This document shows, one piece after another, positions 1 through 8,664 of a DNA stretch of 64,000 nucleotides; within the stretch, counting starts at the first letter, position 1, and each line of letters begins with the position of its first letter. Source of the stretch: a virus (lineage: Duplodnaviria; Caudoviricetes). Below the pieces are notes generated by a model. That model searched no databases. It had not been told where the DNA came from and saw only the letters and a list, made by a program, of their open reading frames with translations. Position numbers and translations under genes: made by a program. The stretch spans positions 1-64,000 of the IMG/VR virus record IMGVR_UViG_2687453341_000003, one strand, 5' to 3'.

Positions 1-414
1 TCAACATCCTTCCGAATCACTTGAACCAATTTCATCGCCCGAGCCTTCGCTGCCTCCTTCGCCACTTCCGCCTGGTGGCTTCGGTGGTTTCACATCGTGG
101 CCTGGATGCCCTGGTGGCAAGTTGTCGGGCCAGTGGTAGCCAGGCGGCAAATGATACGGATGATGTGGAGGCAGCCGCGGCCAGATGATGTTGGGCAGTG
201 GAGGCGGTACCAACACTTCAATCGGCGGCTCGGGCACCGGAGGCCATACCCAGTCCTCGGGCCACCAATCGGGCCGGGGCTCCGAGCTAGATCCCGGTGG
301 ATCTGGCGGTGGAACGTACGGTAGCGGTTCACCTGGCGGATCAAACGGCGGTGGAGGCCAACCCGGTGGTCGCTCGCCGTTGGGACCAAATGGTCCATGG
401 TTCGTGGTTGTCAT
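1..414 (-). CDS. Proline-rich hypothetical protein
   Basis: P/W-rich ORF with an AAGGA RBS upstream, co-oriented with the operon. Confidence 0.6.
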   Translation of the reverse strand: MTTTNHGPFGPNGERPPGWPPPPFDPPGEPLPYVPPPDPPGSSSEPRPDWWPEDWVWPPVPEPPIEVLVPPPLPNIIWPRLPPHHPYHLPPGYHWPDNLPPGHPGHDVKPPKPPGGSGEGGSEGSGDEIGSSDSEGC

Positions 415-456
415 AAACACTCCTTAAAGAAGCTGGGGAAACGAAAGAAACAGAAA

Positions 457-1185
457 TCAGCGCCAGAGAACTTTGCGTAGGTTGTGCTTACGCAAGGCTT
501 GTTTCAGGAAGACGGGGCGATGTCGCTTGTAGGCGGGCGGATCGACGTGGATGTGCGGAAAGATGTGGTCCGTCGCCACACCGACCTTGACGCCGGCAAC
601 CTTGGCTCGCCAGAAAAAGTCCCAGTGCTCGTCGACCTTCAGTTCTTCATCCCATCGAATTGCCTGCAGGATGTCGCGATGGGCAACAAAGCAGTTACAA
701 ACGAATGCGCACTCGGCGATGTCGCCGATGCGTCGATACTCACCGCGCGGAATGTGAAGAACGCCACCGGCTGACTTCAGTAAACGTGGCGCGCCATCAG
801 GATGGGCACGATGCGGTTGCTTGCTGAGCGTTGCTAATAGATCGAGGCGACTCGACTCGAACTTGCGAACCAGATCATTCAGTCGAGTCTGTGGGCCAAC
901 CACGTGATCATCGTCAGAGAAGATCACCATCCTTGTTTGCGCGGCTTCAACGAGACGATTGCGACCAGCCGACAACCCGATGTCATATTCAGTCTCAATG
1001 AGTCTATCGACCAACGTGGCTTCGTCGGGACAGACTTGCGAAAATCGCAGATCAGGCTTGCCGTCGTCGAGGACGTAGATCAGCGGACGATCATCGCCAC
1101 AATGCTCGTAAATGCTACGCACCAGAGTCGCGCAACAATGAGGGCGATGGATGGTCTTGATGCAGAATGTGACACGATCACGCAT
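457..1185 (-). CDS. Glycosyltransferase family 2 (GT-A fold)
   Basis: TFCIKT..R, VLDDG, GLSAGRN, FSDDD (DxD) and EHWDFF motifs. Start placed at MRDRVTF. Confidence 0.85.
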   Translation of the reverse strand: MRDRVTFCIKTIHRPHCCATLVRSIYEHCGDDRPLIYVLDDGKPDLRFSQVCPDEATLVDRLIETEYDIGLSAGRNRLVEAAQTRMVIFSDDDHVVGPQTRLNDLVRKFESSRLDLLATLSKQPHRAHPDGAPRLLKSAGGVLHIPRGEYRRIGDIAECAFVCNCFVAHRDILQAIRWDEELKVDEHWDFFWRAKVAGVKVGVATDHIFPHIHVDPPAYKRHRPVFLKQALRKHNLRKVLWR

Positions 1186-1933
1186 GGACGATACCTCCTC
1201 CTGGATAACGCAGTGAATCAAAGCCGTGCTTACGGAGCCCCAATCGGCGGAACTTGGGTCGGGCTCGCAGAGCGCCGTAAGGCTTGGCTGCCACGTGGTC
1301 GTGGACTACTGAGCAGTCGAGAGCCACGGCGATTTGCAGATGTTCAATATGGGACGCTCGGTAGAAGAACTCCCAGTGCTCGTACGTTTTGATCTCGTCA
1401 TCCCAGCGAACGCGGCCGATCGTGTCGCGTCGCGCCAGGAAAGCGTTGCTGACCATGTCGCACCAACTGGTCTCACCGATACGTTTGTGTTCGCCTCGAT
1501 GCATCCAGATCCGGCTGCCATTCATCAACGGGCTGAACAGCATTGGACGGCCACCAGCGCCCTGACGCACAGCCAAAATGTCGAGGCCGTACTCCATGAA
1601 CCGCTGGTAGACTCGGTCAAGATGCAGATCTGGCGTTACGATTTGGTCATCGTCGAGCAGAAAGATGAACTCGGTTTCTGCCGCGTCGATTGCTGTATTG
1701 CGTCCAATGCCGACACCCACATCGTGCTGCTGGAGATCAATCACTTTGCAGTGTTTGGCGGTCTCGGGATACTTTCGCGAGAACCAATGTTCGGGAAGAC
1801 CATCGTCAACGACAACGATCTTGGGTTCGCCGAACTCCTTTCGAAGCGACTGGACGAGTCGATGGCAGGCCCAAGGCCGATGAATGGTCTTTATGCAAAA
1901 GGTAATGTCTTGAATGGGTACAGTTGCTTCCAT
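1178..1933 (-). CDS. Glycosyltransferase family 2, paralog of the adjacent gene
   Basis: TFCIKTIHRP, VVDDG, GVGIGRN, LLDDD and EHWEFF motifs. Confidence 0.85.
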   Translation of the reverse strand: MEATVPIQDITFCIKTIHRPWACHRLVQSLRKEFGEPKIVVVDDGLPEHWFSRKYPETAKHCKVIDLQQHDVGVGIGRNTAIDAAETEFIFLLDDDQIVTPDLHLDRVYQRFMEYGLDILAVRQGAGGRPMLFSPLMNGSRIWMHRGEHKRIGETSWCDMVSNAFLARRDTIGRVRWDDEIKTYEHWEFFYRASHIEHLQIAVALDCSVVHDHVAAKPYGALRARPKFRRLGLRKHGFDSLRYPGGGIVHA

Positions 1934-1936
1934 GTT

Positions 1937-2383
1937 TCACCACGCGTTAAGGAGTTTTCGAGCAAGTTTGATGGCATGGCGATAGTCTTTGAGACGCTTC
2001 GCGCTGCGTTTGATATGCAAGATCGAGCTCAGTGGAGCGACGTTCCCGTAAAAGGAGATCAGCGAATTGTCAAAGGCCTTCTCAAAGTCGTCTGCGGTAC
2101 AGCCCATGACTTCTCGCATCACATCTAGCGGTGGCGAACAGGCGATACGAGTCGATGCGCGTAAGCCTCCGGCTCCGTCAGGCTCGCCTCGCTTCCACGG
2201 TTTTCGAAGCGATCCAGCCGCCACATCGACCGCGGCTTGCCACTCGTCATCGCTAAGGTTGGGATCGAGCCAGATGTCGAGATCGCCTTCCTCCCAATCG
2301 ATCCCGTGCAAGCGAAGTGCGCCGGAGCCGATGATGATGTAGCGATGTCGAAACTTAGCGAGAACATCTTCCACTGGTGTCAT
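1937..2383 (-). CDS. Nucleotidyltransferase-like protein
   Basis: IIGSGAL..HG...GDLDIW (GS..DxD) and a C-terminal R.KD motif. Confidence 0.6.
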   Translation of the reverse strand: MTPVEDVLAKFRHRYIIIGSGALRLHGIDWEEGDLDIWLDPNLSDDEWQAAVDVAAGSLRKPWKRGEPDGAGGLRASTRIACSPPLDVMREVMGCTADDFEKAFDNSLISFYGNVAPLSSILHIKRSAKRLKDYRHAIKLARKLLNAW

Positions 2384-3531
2384 TGACGCACTCCTTTACT
2401 TCTTGGCGTGTCGAAGGAAGCCTCAACGATGGCCAGGCTGCCAGCTAGGATTCGCTTACTAAGCTCGCGGTATCGAGGTCGATGAGCGTCATGGAGCAGC
2501 GTTGGTGTCTTGGTAGCCCAGCGGTTGCAGACATCCACGCGTGACCTTCCGTCGACCAGAACAAGGTCGGGAGACAGATCATCGGCCGACTTCACATACT
2601 CATCGAATTGCCCTGGCTGCGCAGGCTCAAGTGCTTCTGATGGCCATGCCGGCGGCGCATACCGCAACTCAACATTGCTTGGATAGGGACTGCTGGCGCG
2701 AAGCCAAGCTGCGTCGTGTTCGATCGAGGTGACCTTTGCTACTCTGTCAGAGAGCCAGAAGGTAGAGCGTCCGCTTCCATACTCGAGAACGTGATAGTCA
2801 GGCTTAAGCAACGATTCAAACGCGGTGATTTCGGCTGGCTGCATCCATGGCGTGGGCTCTTGAAACTTCCGTTTTACTGGATGGTAAATCGTCTCAGCCA
2901 AGCCCAGTGGCATGAATGGCTTCCAGGTCACCGTATGCGAATTGGGAATCGCCACTGGACTAAGTCCACAGATTGCAGCAATCGTCGGAAACCGCAGCTC
3001 ACCAGTCGCATCGGGCAGACTGGGCAAGTACTCGTTGTATGCTGTTGATGTCCGTTCTAAGGCTTCGTGAGAGACCAAAACGCAAGAAAACGGAACGATC
3101 CCAGTGGCAAAGGGGGCGATGGTTTGCGGTAACGATTTCCAGTGTCGCCTGAACCAATCGGGCTCCCGATGAAACAAGCGGATTGAAGGTGCTGCGAGTG
3201 GATAGCGAGCAACATCGCTGAACCAGCCATCGACCTCGACATTCACCAGCGTGTCCCATTCGAAGATCGCGTAACGATCCGAGTCTTGTCTCCGATTTCG
3301 AAACCAGTCGATTAGCAGGAGATCTGTCGCTTTGGCCCGAAGATGTGGGAATGTGTTAACGACATCGCGCCAAAGCGATGAGCTGCAATCATCGATTGAG
3401 AAGCCACCTGGAAGCGGCTCTGATGACGATATCGCAACCACTGATCCACGCGAGAAACGCTTCAGTCTCTCAAAATGGTCATTGGTCACTGCATCGGTGC
3501 GATGATGAATGAACAGGCTCGTGGTATTCAT
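2380..3531 (-). CDS. Two-domain protein: GT-like N-terminus plus class I SAM-dependent methyltransferase C-terminus
   Basis: C-terminal VLEYGSGRST, SIEHD and DLVLVDGR motifs. N-terminal FEWD motif is suggestive only. Confidence 0.65.
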   Translation of the reverse strand: MNTTSLFIHHRTDAVTNDHFERLKRFSRGSVVAISSSEPLPGGFSIDDCSSSLWRDVVNTFPHLRAKATDLLLIDWFRNRRQDSDRYAIFEWDTLVNVEVDGWFSDVARYPLAAPSIRLFHREPDWFRRHWKSLPQTIAPFATGIVPFSCVLVSHEALERTSTAYNEYLPSLPDATGELRFPTIAAICGLSPVAIPNSHTVTWKPFMPLGLAETIYHPVKRKFQEPTPWMQPAEITAFESLLKPDYHVLEYGSGRSTFWLSDRVAKVTSIEHDAAWLRASSPYPSNVELRYAPPAWPSEALEPAQPGQFDEYVKSADDLSPDLVLVDGRSRVDVCNRWATKTPTLLHDAHRPRYRELSKRILAGSLAIVEASFDTPRSKGVRQ

Positions 3532-3535
3532 GAAT

Positions 3536-4906
3536 TCACCCGAACTTTCGTAGCTGAGGATTCACATGAGCGATTGCCGAATCGATCTCTTCGGCAGTGG
3601 GCTCGATTCCGAGGAATGCGATCAGTTCATTGATCACCGTTTCAGGATCTTCCGTTAGCTTGGCGAAGTTGATCCGATGGACGAGGACTTCTGGATGCTG
3701 TTGGATGAACGTCTCGCGATGTTCCAGTAGCGAACGCTGTAGCTTGTCGCAGGCGTCATCGCCGGCTGCGAACCATTGACCTGGATGTCGGCTACTTCGA
3801 TCTTGAAGGGACCGAATCGAGGCTTCGATTGGGCGATCGACTGCGATGATTCGCAGCGAGTTACCGAGGGCTTCGTAGAGGTGGCTTGCGAATCGGCAGA
3901 GATGCGGATACTTGCCACCGGCAACAGTGCGGTCACGAATGGCTTCTGCCTTCCTGGCGACGATCCAAGCTTTCAGTTGCTTGGCGAGCTGACCGTCAGG
4001 GATCTTGGGATCGATCGCAGGGAATCGCATCGCCTTTTCACAGAGCTGGGCAAGGCCGATCGCCTCGCCACCTCCAGTTGCCTCGTAGCCACCGAGTTCG
4101 TTGCCCATGTGAACGCCCAAATGATGCATGACCATCGCGACACAGCTGGTGCCACTGCGATGGGGCCCGAGGACTGCGAAGAACGGCGCGTCGCTGTGGT
4201 CGGCATTCTTGGCATCGTTGAAGAACCTGGTCTGGGTCCACTTGCGACCGCAGATATTGGACTTGGTCGGCAGTTGGCCGACGAGCCAGCGATCGGGGGT
4301 GTAAACCGGAATCGACTCTTTCTCGACATTCTTGCCTTGGACCAGGGCTTCGTATCGCCGCTGAGTCAAACGACCCAAGTGATGATCGATGTGATGCTTC
4401 AGATGCCAGTCATTCCAGTTCAGGTGACGATAGAGTGCCTTCATCGTTGCGCGACCTCGCACCATGAACGCATGGGTGCGATTGACGTTGTAAGGTCGGT
4501 AAATGTGGTCGCTGATCTTCTTCGGCGGATGCTTGGCAGCGTACAGGTGCTGACCTCCGAGGTAAGCTAGTCCCCAGTCTTCAGGCAACTCACGAACGTA
4601 TGCCTCGAGATGTTCCACGAAGTCGGGAACGAACCCTGCGTCATCTTCGAAGACAACATACGAATCGATGCCTTCAAGCAGACATTTTTCAAGGATCAAC
4701 AAGTGCGAACGGTAGCAGCCCCAGGCACCATTGCCGGCTCGCCACTGCTCGGGCGTCGAAAGCTTGCGACCATCGATGGCTGCGAATCGCTCGACGTCTG
4801 GGAATGGCCATGGCTGCGGTAGTTGCTGCATCCATTCGCGCAGACGATCATCGCGTCGATCGAGATTCATCAGGAAGCAGCGTTCAACGATCTTCTTCGT
4901 CGGCAT
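3536..4906 (-). CDS. Glycosyltransferase family 25 fused to a sulfotransferase-like domain
   Basis: NLDRRDDR, FAAIDG, GCYRSH and VFEDDA (GT25). C-terminal LGPHRSGTS is a PAPS-binding-type loop. Start placed at MPTKKIV. Confidence 0.8.
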   Translation of the reverse strand: MPTKKIVERCFLMNLDRRDDRLREWMQQLPQPWPFPDVERFAAIDGRKLSTPEQWRAGNGAWGCYRSHLLILEKCLLEGIDSYVVFEDDAGFVPDFVEHLEAYVRELPEDWGLAYLGGQHLYAAKHPPKKISDHIYRPYNVNRTHAFMVRGRATMKALYRHLNWNDWHLKHHIDHHLGRLTQRRYEALVQGKNVEKESIPVYTPDRWLVGQLPTKSNICGRKWTQTRFFNDAKNADHSDAPFFAVLGPHRSGTSCVAMVMHHLGVHMGNELGGYEATGGGEAIGLAQLCEKAMRFPAIDPKIPDGQLAKQLKAWIVARKAEAIRDRTVAGGKYPHLCRFASHLYEALGNSLRIIAVDRPIEASIRSLQDRSSRHPGQWFAAGDDACDKLQRSLLEHRETFIQQHPEVLVHRINFAKLTEDPETVINELIAFLGIEPTAEEIDSAIAHVNPQLRKFG

Positions 4907-5456
4907 CGAAATCATCTTCGTTGGGCTCGGGTGCACCGTCTGGGAACTTACGCTCGAACCGGCGGATGGCAGTGAGCACAAGTGACTTGGCGATGGTTCT
5001 AGTAAACTTTCCATGGGGTAATCCTCTGAGTTGGGCTTCTTCCAAAAGCCATTCGATAATGGTGTCGAGATTCGTACGGCATCCTTCCACGCCCCAGTCG
5101 TTCATGGTCTCGGCGCGGGTCTCACACTTGCAGGTGTCGCTTGGTCTTGCGAACCATGCGAGCATCTTGCGAAGCTCGCTGCCTGGACCCGGCTTGTAAG
5201 CCGCGATCCGCAACGTCGTGGGCTCTTCCTGATTGGGCAGGTAGCTCTTCAGCAGTGCTTTTAGTTCGTCGACGTTTTGATTGCGTCGACGCTTGTTGAC
5301 GATGGCCATACCGATCGTCACGAGGTTGACAGCTTGCGGATTCGAACACTCGCTGCAGGCTCGGCATCCGCTGGACGAAGCCTGGACGGAGCAGTCGGCT
5401 AGATGGCTGGCGACTTGGCAGCGGTTGTCGTTGGTCAGATTGGGACAATGCATCAT
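4884..5456 (-). CDS. Cys-rich hypothetical phage protein
   Basis: Multiple Cys motifs; overlaps both neighbours in operon fashion. Confidence 0.7.
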   Translation of the reverse strand: MMHCPNLTNDNRCQVASHLADCSVQASSSGCRACSECSNPQAVNLVTIGMAIVNKRRRNQNVDELKALLKSYLPNQEEPTTLRIAAYKPGPGSELRKMLAWFARPSDTCKCETRAETMNDWGVEGCRTNLDTIIEWLLEEAQLRGLPHGKFTRTIAKSLVLTAIRRFERKFPDGAPEPNEDDFDADEEDR

Positions 5457-7873
5457 GCTGCCACCTCCACAACTTCACCGTCGTACCCACCCGATCCGCT
5501 CGGTGGATCGCCAACTTCGGGACAATCACTTTCAAGGAGCTGCCATCCACAGGACCAGATCCACGTCGTGTTGCATGGTTCGCTCGTGCTGCTTTCGGAA
5601 GTCGGAGGTTCGCTTGGCGGTTCGCTATCGGAGTGGCTGACGCTCGGACGATCCGACTCGCTTGTTGATGGATCGTGCGAGTCGCTTGTCGATGGATCAT
5701 GCGAATCGCTTGTTGATGGCGATGAGTCACTGCCTGAGCCGCTCGTTGAACCGCTTCCAGAGCCGCTCTGCGAATAGCTGCCAGATCCGCTGGTGGAATG
5801 GCTGGTCGACCAGGGAACGCTATAGCTTTCACTTTCGCTGTAACTTGGCCGTTCGCTGCTGGATCGGCTTTCTGACCCATCGCTGCTTGATGGCTCGCTT
5901 GCTGACCGCGATTCACTATCCGATTCGCTTTGAGATTGGCTCTCCGACTCACTTTGCGAATTACTATCGCTGTCGCTGGAGTCACTCGCCGACACAGATC
6001 CGCTGCCGCTTGAATAACTGGGCTCCGAGTAGCTTGGTTCTGAATAGCTGGGCCATGAGTAACTTGGTACAGATCTGCTATCGCTGCTCGGATTTTGGGA
6101 ATCCGATTGGCTTTCCGACTGGCTCTCGCTTTCCGAGCTGATCGATTCGCTTTCCGAACTATCGGATTGACTGGTGTCGCTTCCACTCGAATCGCTCTTG
6201 CTGGAATCGCTAACGCTGGATGATCCCGAGTAGCTGTCGCTAGACGATCGGCTGTAACTGGCGTCGCTGGAGTACGATTCGCTTTCTCGCGACGAATCCG
6301 ATTCGCTCGATTCAGACTGGCTGGATTCTGATTCACTTGATTCGGACTGACTCGACTCCGATTCACTCGAGCTCGATCCACTGGAGCCGCTGGATTGGCT
6401 CGAATGACTCGAACCAGAGCTTGATACGCTCGAAGAGTGGCTGCTTGAATAGGACGGCTCACTCAGCGAAATCGATTGGCTCGAATCGCTAGAAGAACCG
6501 CTTGATGCAGATGATCCAGAACTTGATGATTGGCTTGAGCTTGAATGCGACGAGCTCGAGCCGGATGAACTCGAGAGACTAGACGAACTCGATCCAGAAC
6601 TTGAGACCGATGGTACCGAGTAGGATTGCGACGAACTTGAATGTTCGCTCGACGATGAGCTCATCGACGACAGGCTACTCGATGAGCTGATGGAACTGGA
6701 GGAACTCGATGAGACGCTCGAACTGCTCGACGAGGATGGGCTTGACGAACTACTGCCGGAGCTGCTGCTGGAGCTGCTTGACGATGACGATGAGGATGAA
6801 CTCGAAGAGCTAGACGAGCTGCTGCTGGAACTGGAACTACTGCTTCCCTCGCAGCAGCGGCAGCCGATGGTTAGGTAAGCGCTGGTGTCCTCGTGAAAAT
6901 GGCAGACGATCTGTTGGCTTGTCAGAAGGGCATAGTCACAGACGTTGTAGACCGCGACCTTGACACCAATCGGTGCCCAGACACCGTTGGCATATCGCAG
7001 TTCACGAGCCATGCCCCAGCTCTTAGCCTTGAGCCTCGAGACGGGCTTGCAAAGCAACGTCTGCTTGGGCGGGTCGATGATCCAGGAGCGATTACCATCG
7101 TAGGTGACGCTGAGATACTGATCACCTTCGTAGTTGGAAACCGGACCTCGAATCCGCTGAGCGCTCGGGTTGCGAGCGATAATGCGAACGCCTTGTCCAT
7201 TCGGTTTCAAGACCGGCTCAATGGTGCCGGAATCGTCGAGCTGAAAGAGATCGCAGTTGGCGGAACCAGTCGCAAGACCAGAGCGACCAGGGATACCACC
7301 GCTGGGAACCTTCACCAGGAACGCAGGATCGGCTGGCTTACCGACGCGAACGACAGCCCACTGGACGCCAGTCTGATTCGCATCACGTCGCCATAGGATC
7401 TGGGCCGAGCCGTTGGGCTTCGACAGGAGCGTCGTTCCTCCTGAGTCGGCGACGTCGGCATATTGATGCCAGGTCTCTTGAACATTCACACGAGCAGCAA
7501 CCACGCCTGCGAATACCACGCGACCGACTTTGTCCTCGGCGATCGGCTCGATGGCTACACCGAATCGACCCATATGCTCGTCGGCGATGGGTCGAACCGA
7601 CTGGATCGTGGCATCGCGCACGAAGCGAGTGAGTGCTGTATTGTCGACGTCAGGATCGCCAAGTGGGGCGTTAAAACCGACGATTCCACCGATGGGCACA
7701 GTGGTCGCACTTTGATAGTGAACGCGAACGGTGGCAGCGTCGCGAACGTGGGTGCGGTTTCCTGCGCCAGCGGCGAGTCGGTCACGCGCAACGGCATCGG
7801 CGGCCGCCAGCAGACGGTTGTATTCCGCTGCCGTGATATTGAGTTTCTCGCCTGGCCGAACTCGCCTTGCCAT
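5453..7873 (-). CDS. Tail-region protein with a roughly 430-aa Ser-rich, mucin-like tract
   Basis: 806-aa ORF two genes downstream of the tape measure gene; globular N-terminus followed by poly-Ser/SE/SD written with mixed codons. Confidence 0.8.
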   Translation of the reverse strand: MARRVRPGEKLNITAAEYNRLLAAADAVARDRLAAGAGNRTHVRDAATVRVHYQSATTVPIGGIVGFNAPLGDPDVDNTALTRFVRDATIQSVRPIADEHMGRFGVAIEPIAEDKVGRVVFAGVVAARVNVQETWHQYADVADSGGTTLLSKPNGSAQILWRRDANQTGVQWAVVRVGKPADPAFLVKVPSGGIPGRSGLATGSANCDLFQLDDSGTIEPVLKPNGQGVRIIARNPSAQRIRGPVSNYEGDQYLSVTYDGNRSWIIDPPKQTLLCKPVSRLKAKSWGMARELRYANGVWAPIGVKVAVYNVCDYALLTSQQIVCHFHEDTSAYLTIGCRCCEGSSSSSSSSSSSSSSSSSSSSSSSSSSSSSGSSSSSPSSSSSSSVSSSSSSSISSSSSLSSMSSSSSEHSSSSQSYSVPSVSSSGSSSSSLSSSSGSSSSHSSSSQSSSSGSSASSGSSSDSSQSISLSEPSYSSSHSSSVSSSGSSHSSQSSGSSGSSSSESESSQSESSESESSQSESSESDSSRESESYSSDASYSRSSSDSYSGSSSVSDSSKSDSSGSDTSQSDSSESESISSESESQSESQSDSQNPSSDSRSVPSYSWPSYSEPSYSEPSYSSGSGSVSASDSSDSDSNSQSESESQSQSESDSESRSASEPSSSDGSESRSSSERPSYSESESYSVPWSTSHSTSGSGSYSQSGSGSGSTSGSGSDSSPSTSDSHDPSTSDSHDPSTSESDRPSVSHSDSEPPSEPPTSESSTSEPCNTTWIWSCGWQLLESDCPEVGDPPSGSGGYDGEVVEVAA
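5657..5720. repeat. Short in-frame tandem repeat (PSTSDSHD-like, about 3 copies)
   Basis: Unit TCGCTTGT(T/C)GATGG recurs about every 24 bp. Confidence 0.7.
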
Positions 7874-8664
7874 TACTCGATCCCCAACGCGTTAAAGTTC
7901 GCTTCGGGGTAAACCTGCTCGACATAGGCCGCTTCGGGTACTTGCAAGACGCGATCACCAACCACCTCTTCGCCATGCTTGACCCAGAGGTAATCCCAAC
8001 CTCGCTTCGCCACGCCCGAGATGTTGCCAACCGTAAGGTTGATTTCGTTGGGACGCGCCGCGAAGTGATAAGTCACATCAACCCAGTTCTGTTCGTCCTC
8101 GCCGCCCTCACCACCCAGGAACAAGGCCTCGCCTGGCGCAAAGATCGACCAGGGACTTGAATTGACCCGGCCGGTCATCGCGACCATGGCGAGCAGATAA
8201 GCTGTCGATACGAATTCAAACTTCTTGCGGACAGAGAACTCGAACGCCGGGACGGTCACGTCGACGCCGGCAACCCCCGAGTCGCTCACACCAATTGCTC
8301 CGCGATAGTTCGGAGCGATCTTGCCAGGGGCCGCGTAGATTCCACGAGTGAAAAGCGATTGATTGAGATGCGTTGAAGCGCCGGTGGTATTGAACGACAC
8401 CGGATCGAGCTTGGTCTTGTTGATCGATGCGGTGACAAGTGCGTGCTTGTCGTTGATGTACTCGCCATCAATCTGTAGATACGGGATCAGGTCTCGCTGG
8501 GTAGATCGGTAGTGTGCCAGCGCCGCACTCGCAGCGGTTGCCGGATCAACCGAACCGCCATTGGTCGCCACATAGACGAACGTATCCGAGGTCGTCTTGC
8601 CACGCGTTGCCTTCTTCGAAAGCGCAGCGAGTTCGAAATCATATCCACCGTGTGAGAATCCCAT
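7873..8664 (-). CDS. Putative distal tail / baseplate protein
   Basis: Directly follows the tape measure gene with a 1-nt overlap; function inferred from position. Confidence 0.65.
   Translation of the reverse strand: MGFSHGGYDFELAALSKKATRGKTTSDTFVYVATNGGSVDPATAASAALAHYRSTQRDLIPYLQIDGEYINDKHALVTASINKTKLDPVSFNTTGASTHLNQSLFTRGIYAAPGKIAPNYRGAIGVSDSGVAGVDVTVPAFEFSVRKKFEFVSTAYLLAMVAMTGRVNSSPWSIFAPGEALFLGGEGGEDEQNWVDVTYHFAARPNEINLTVGNISGVAKRGWDYLWVKHGEEVVGDRVLQVPEAAYVEQVYPEANFNALGIE

Noticed and set aside
1334-4570. Two 264-aa plus-strand ORFs opposite the glycosyltransferases
   Set aside because: Ordinary antisense shadows largely confined to single genes, with no motifs. They illustrate the background level against which the cassette ORFs stand out.
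5122-6462. 446-aa minus-strand ORF
   Set aside because: Alternative-frame shadow of the low-complexity Ser-rich gene.
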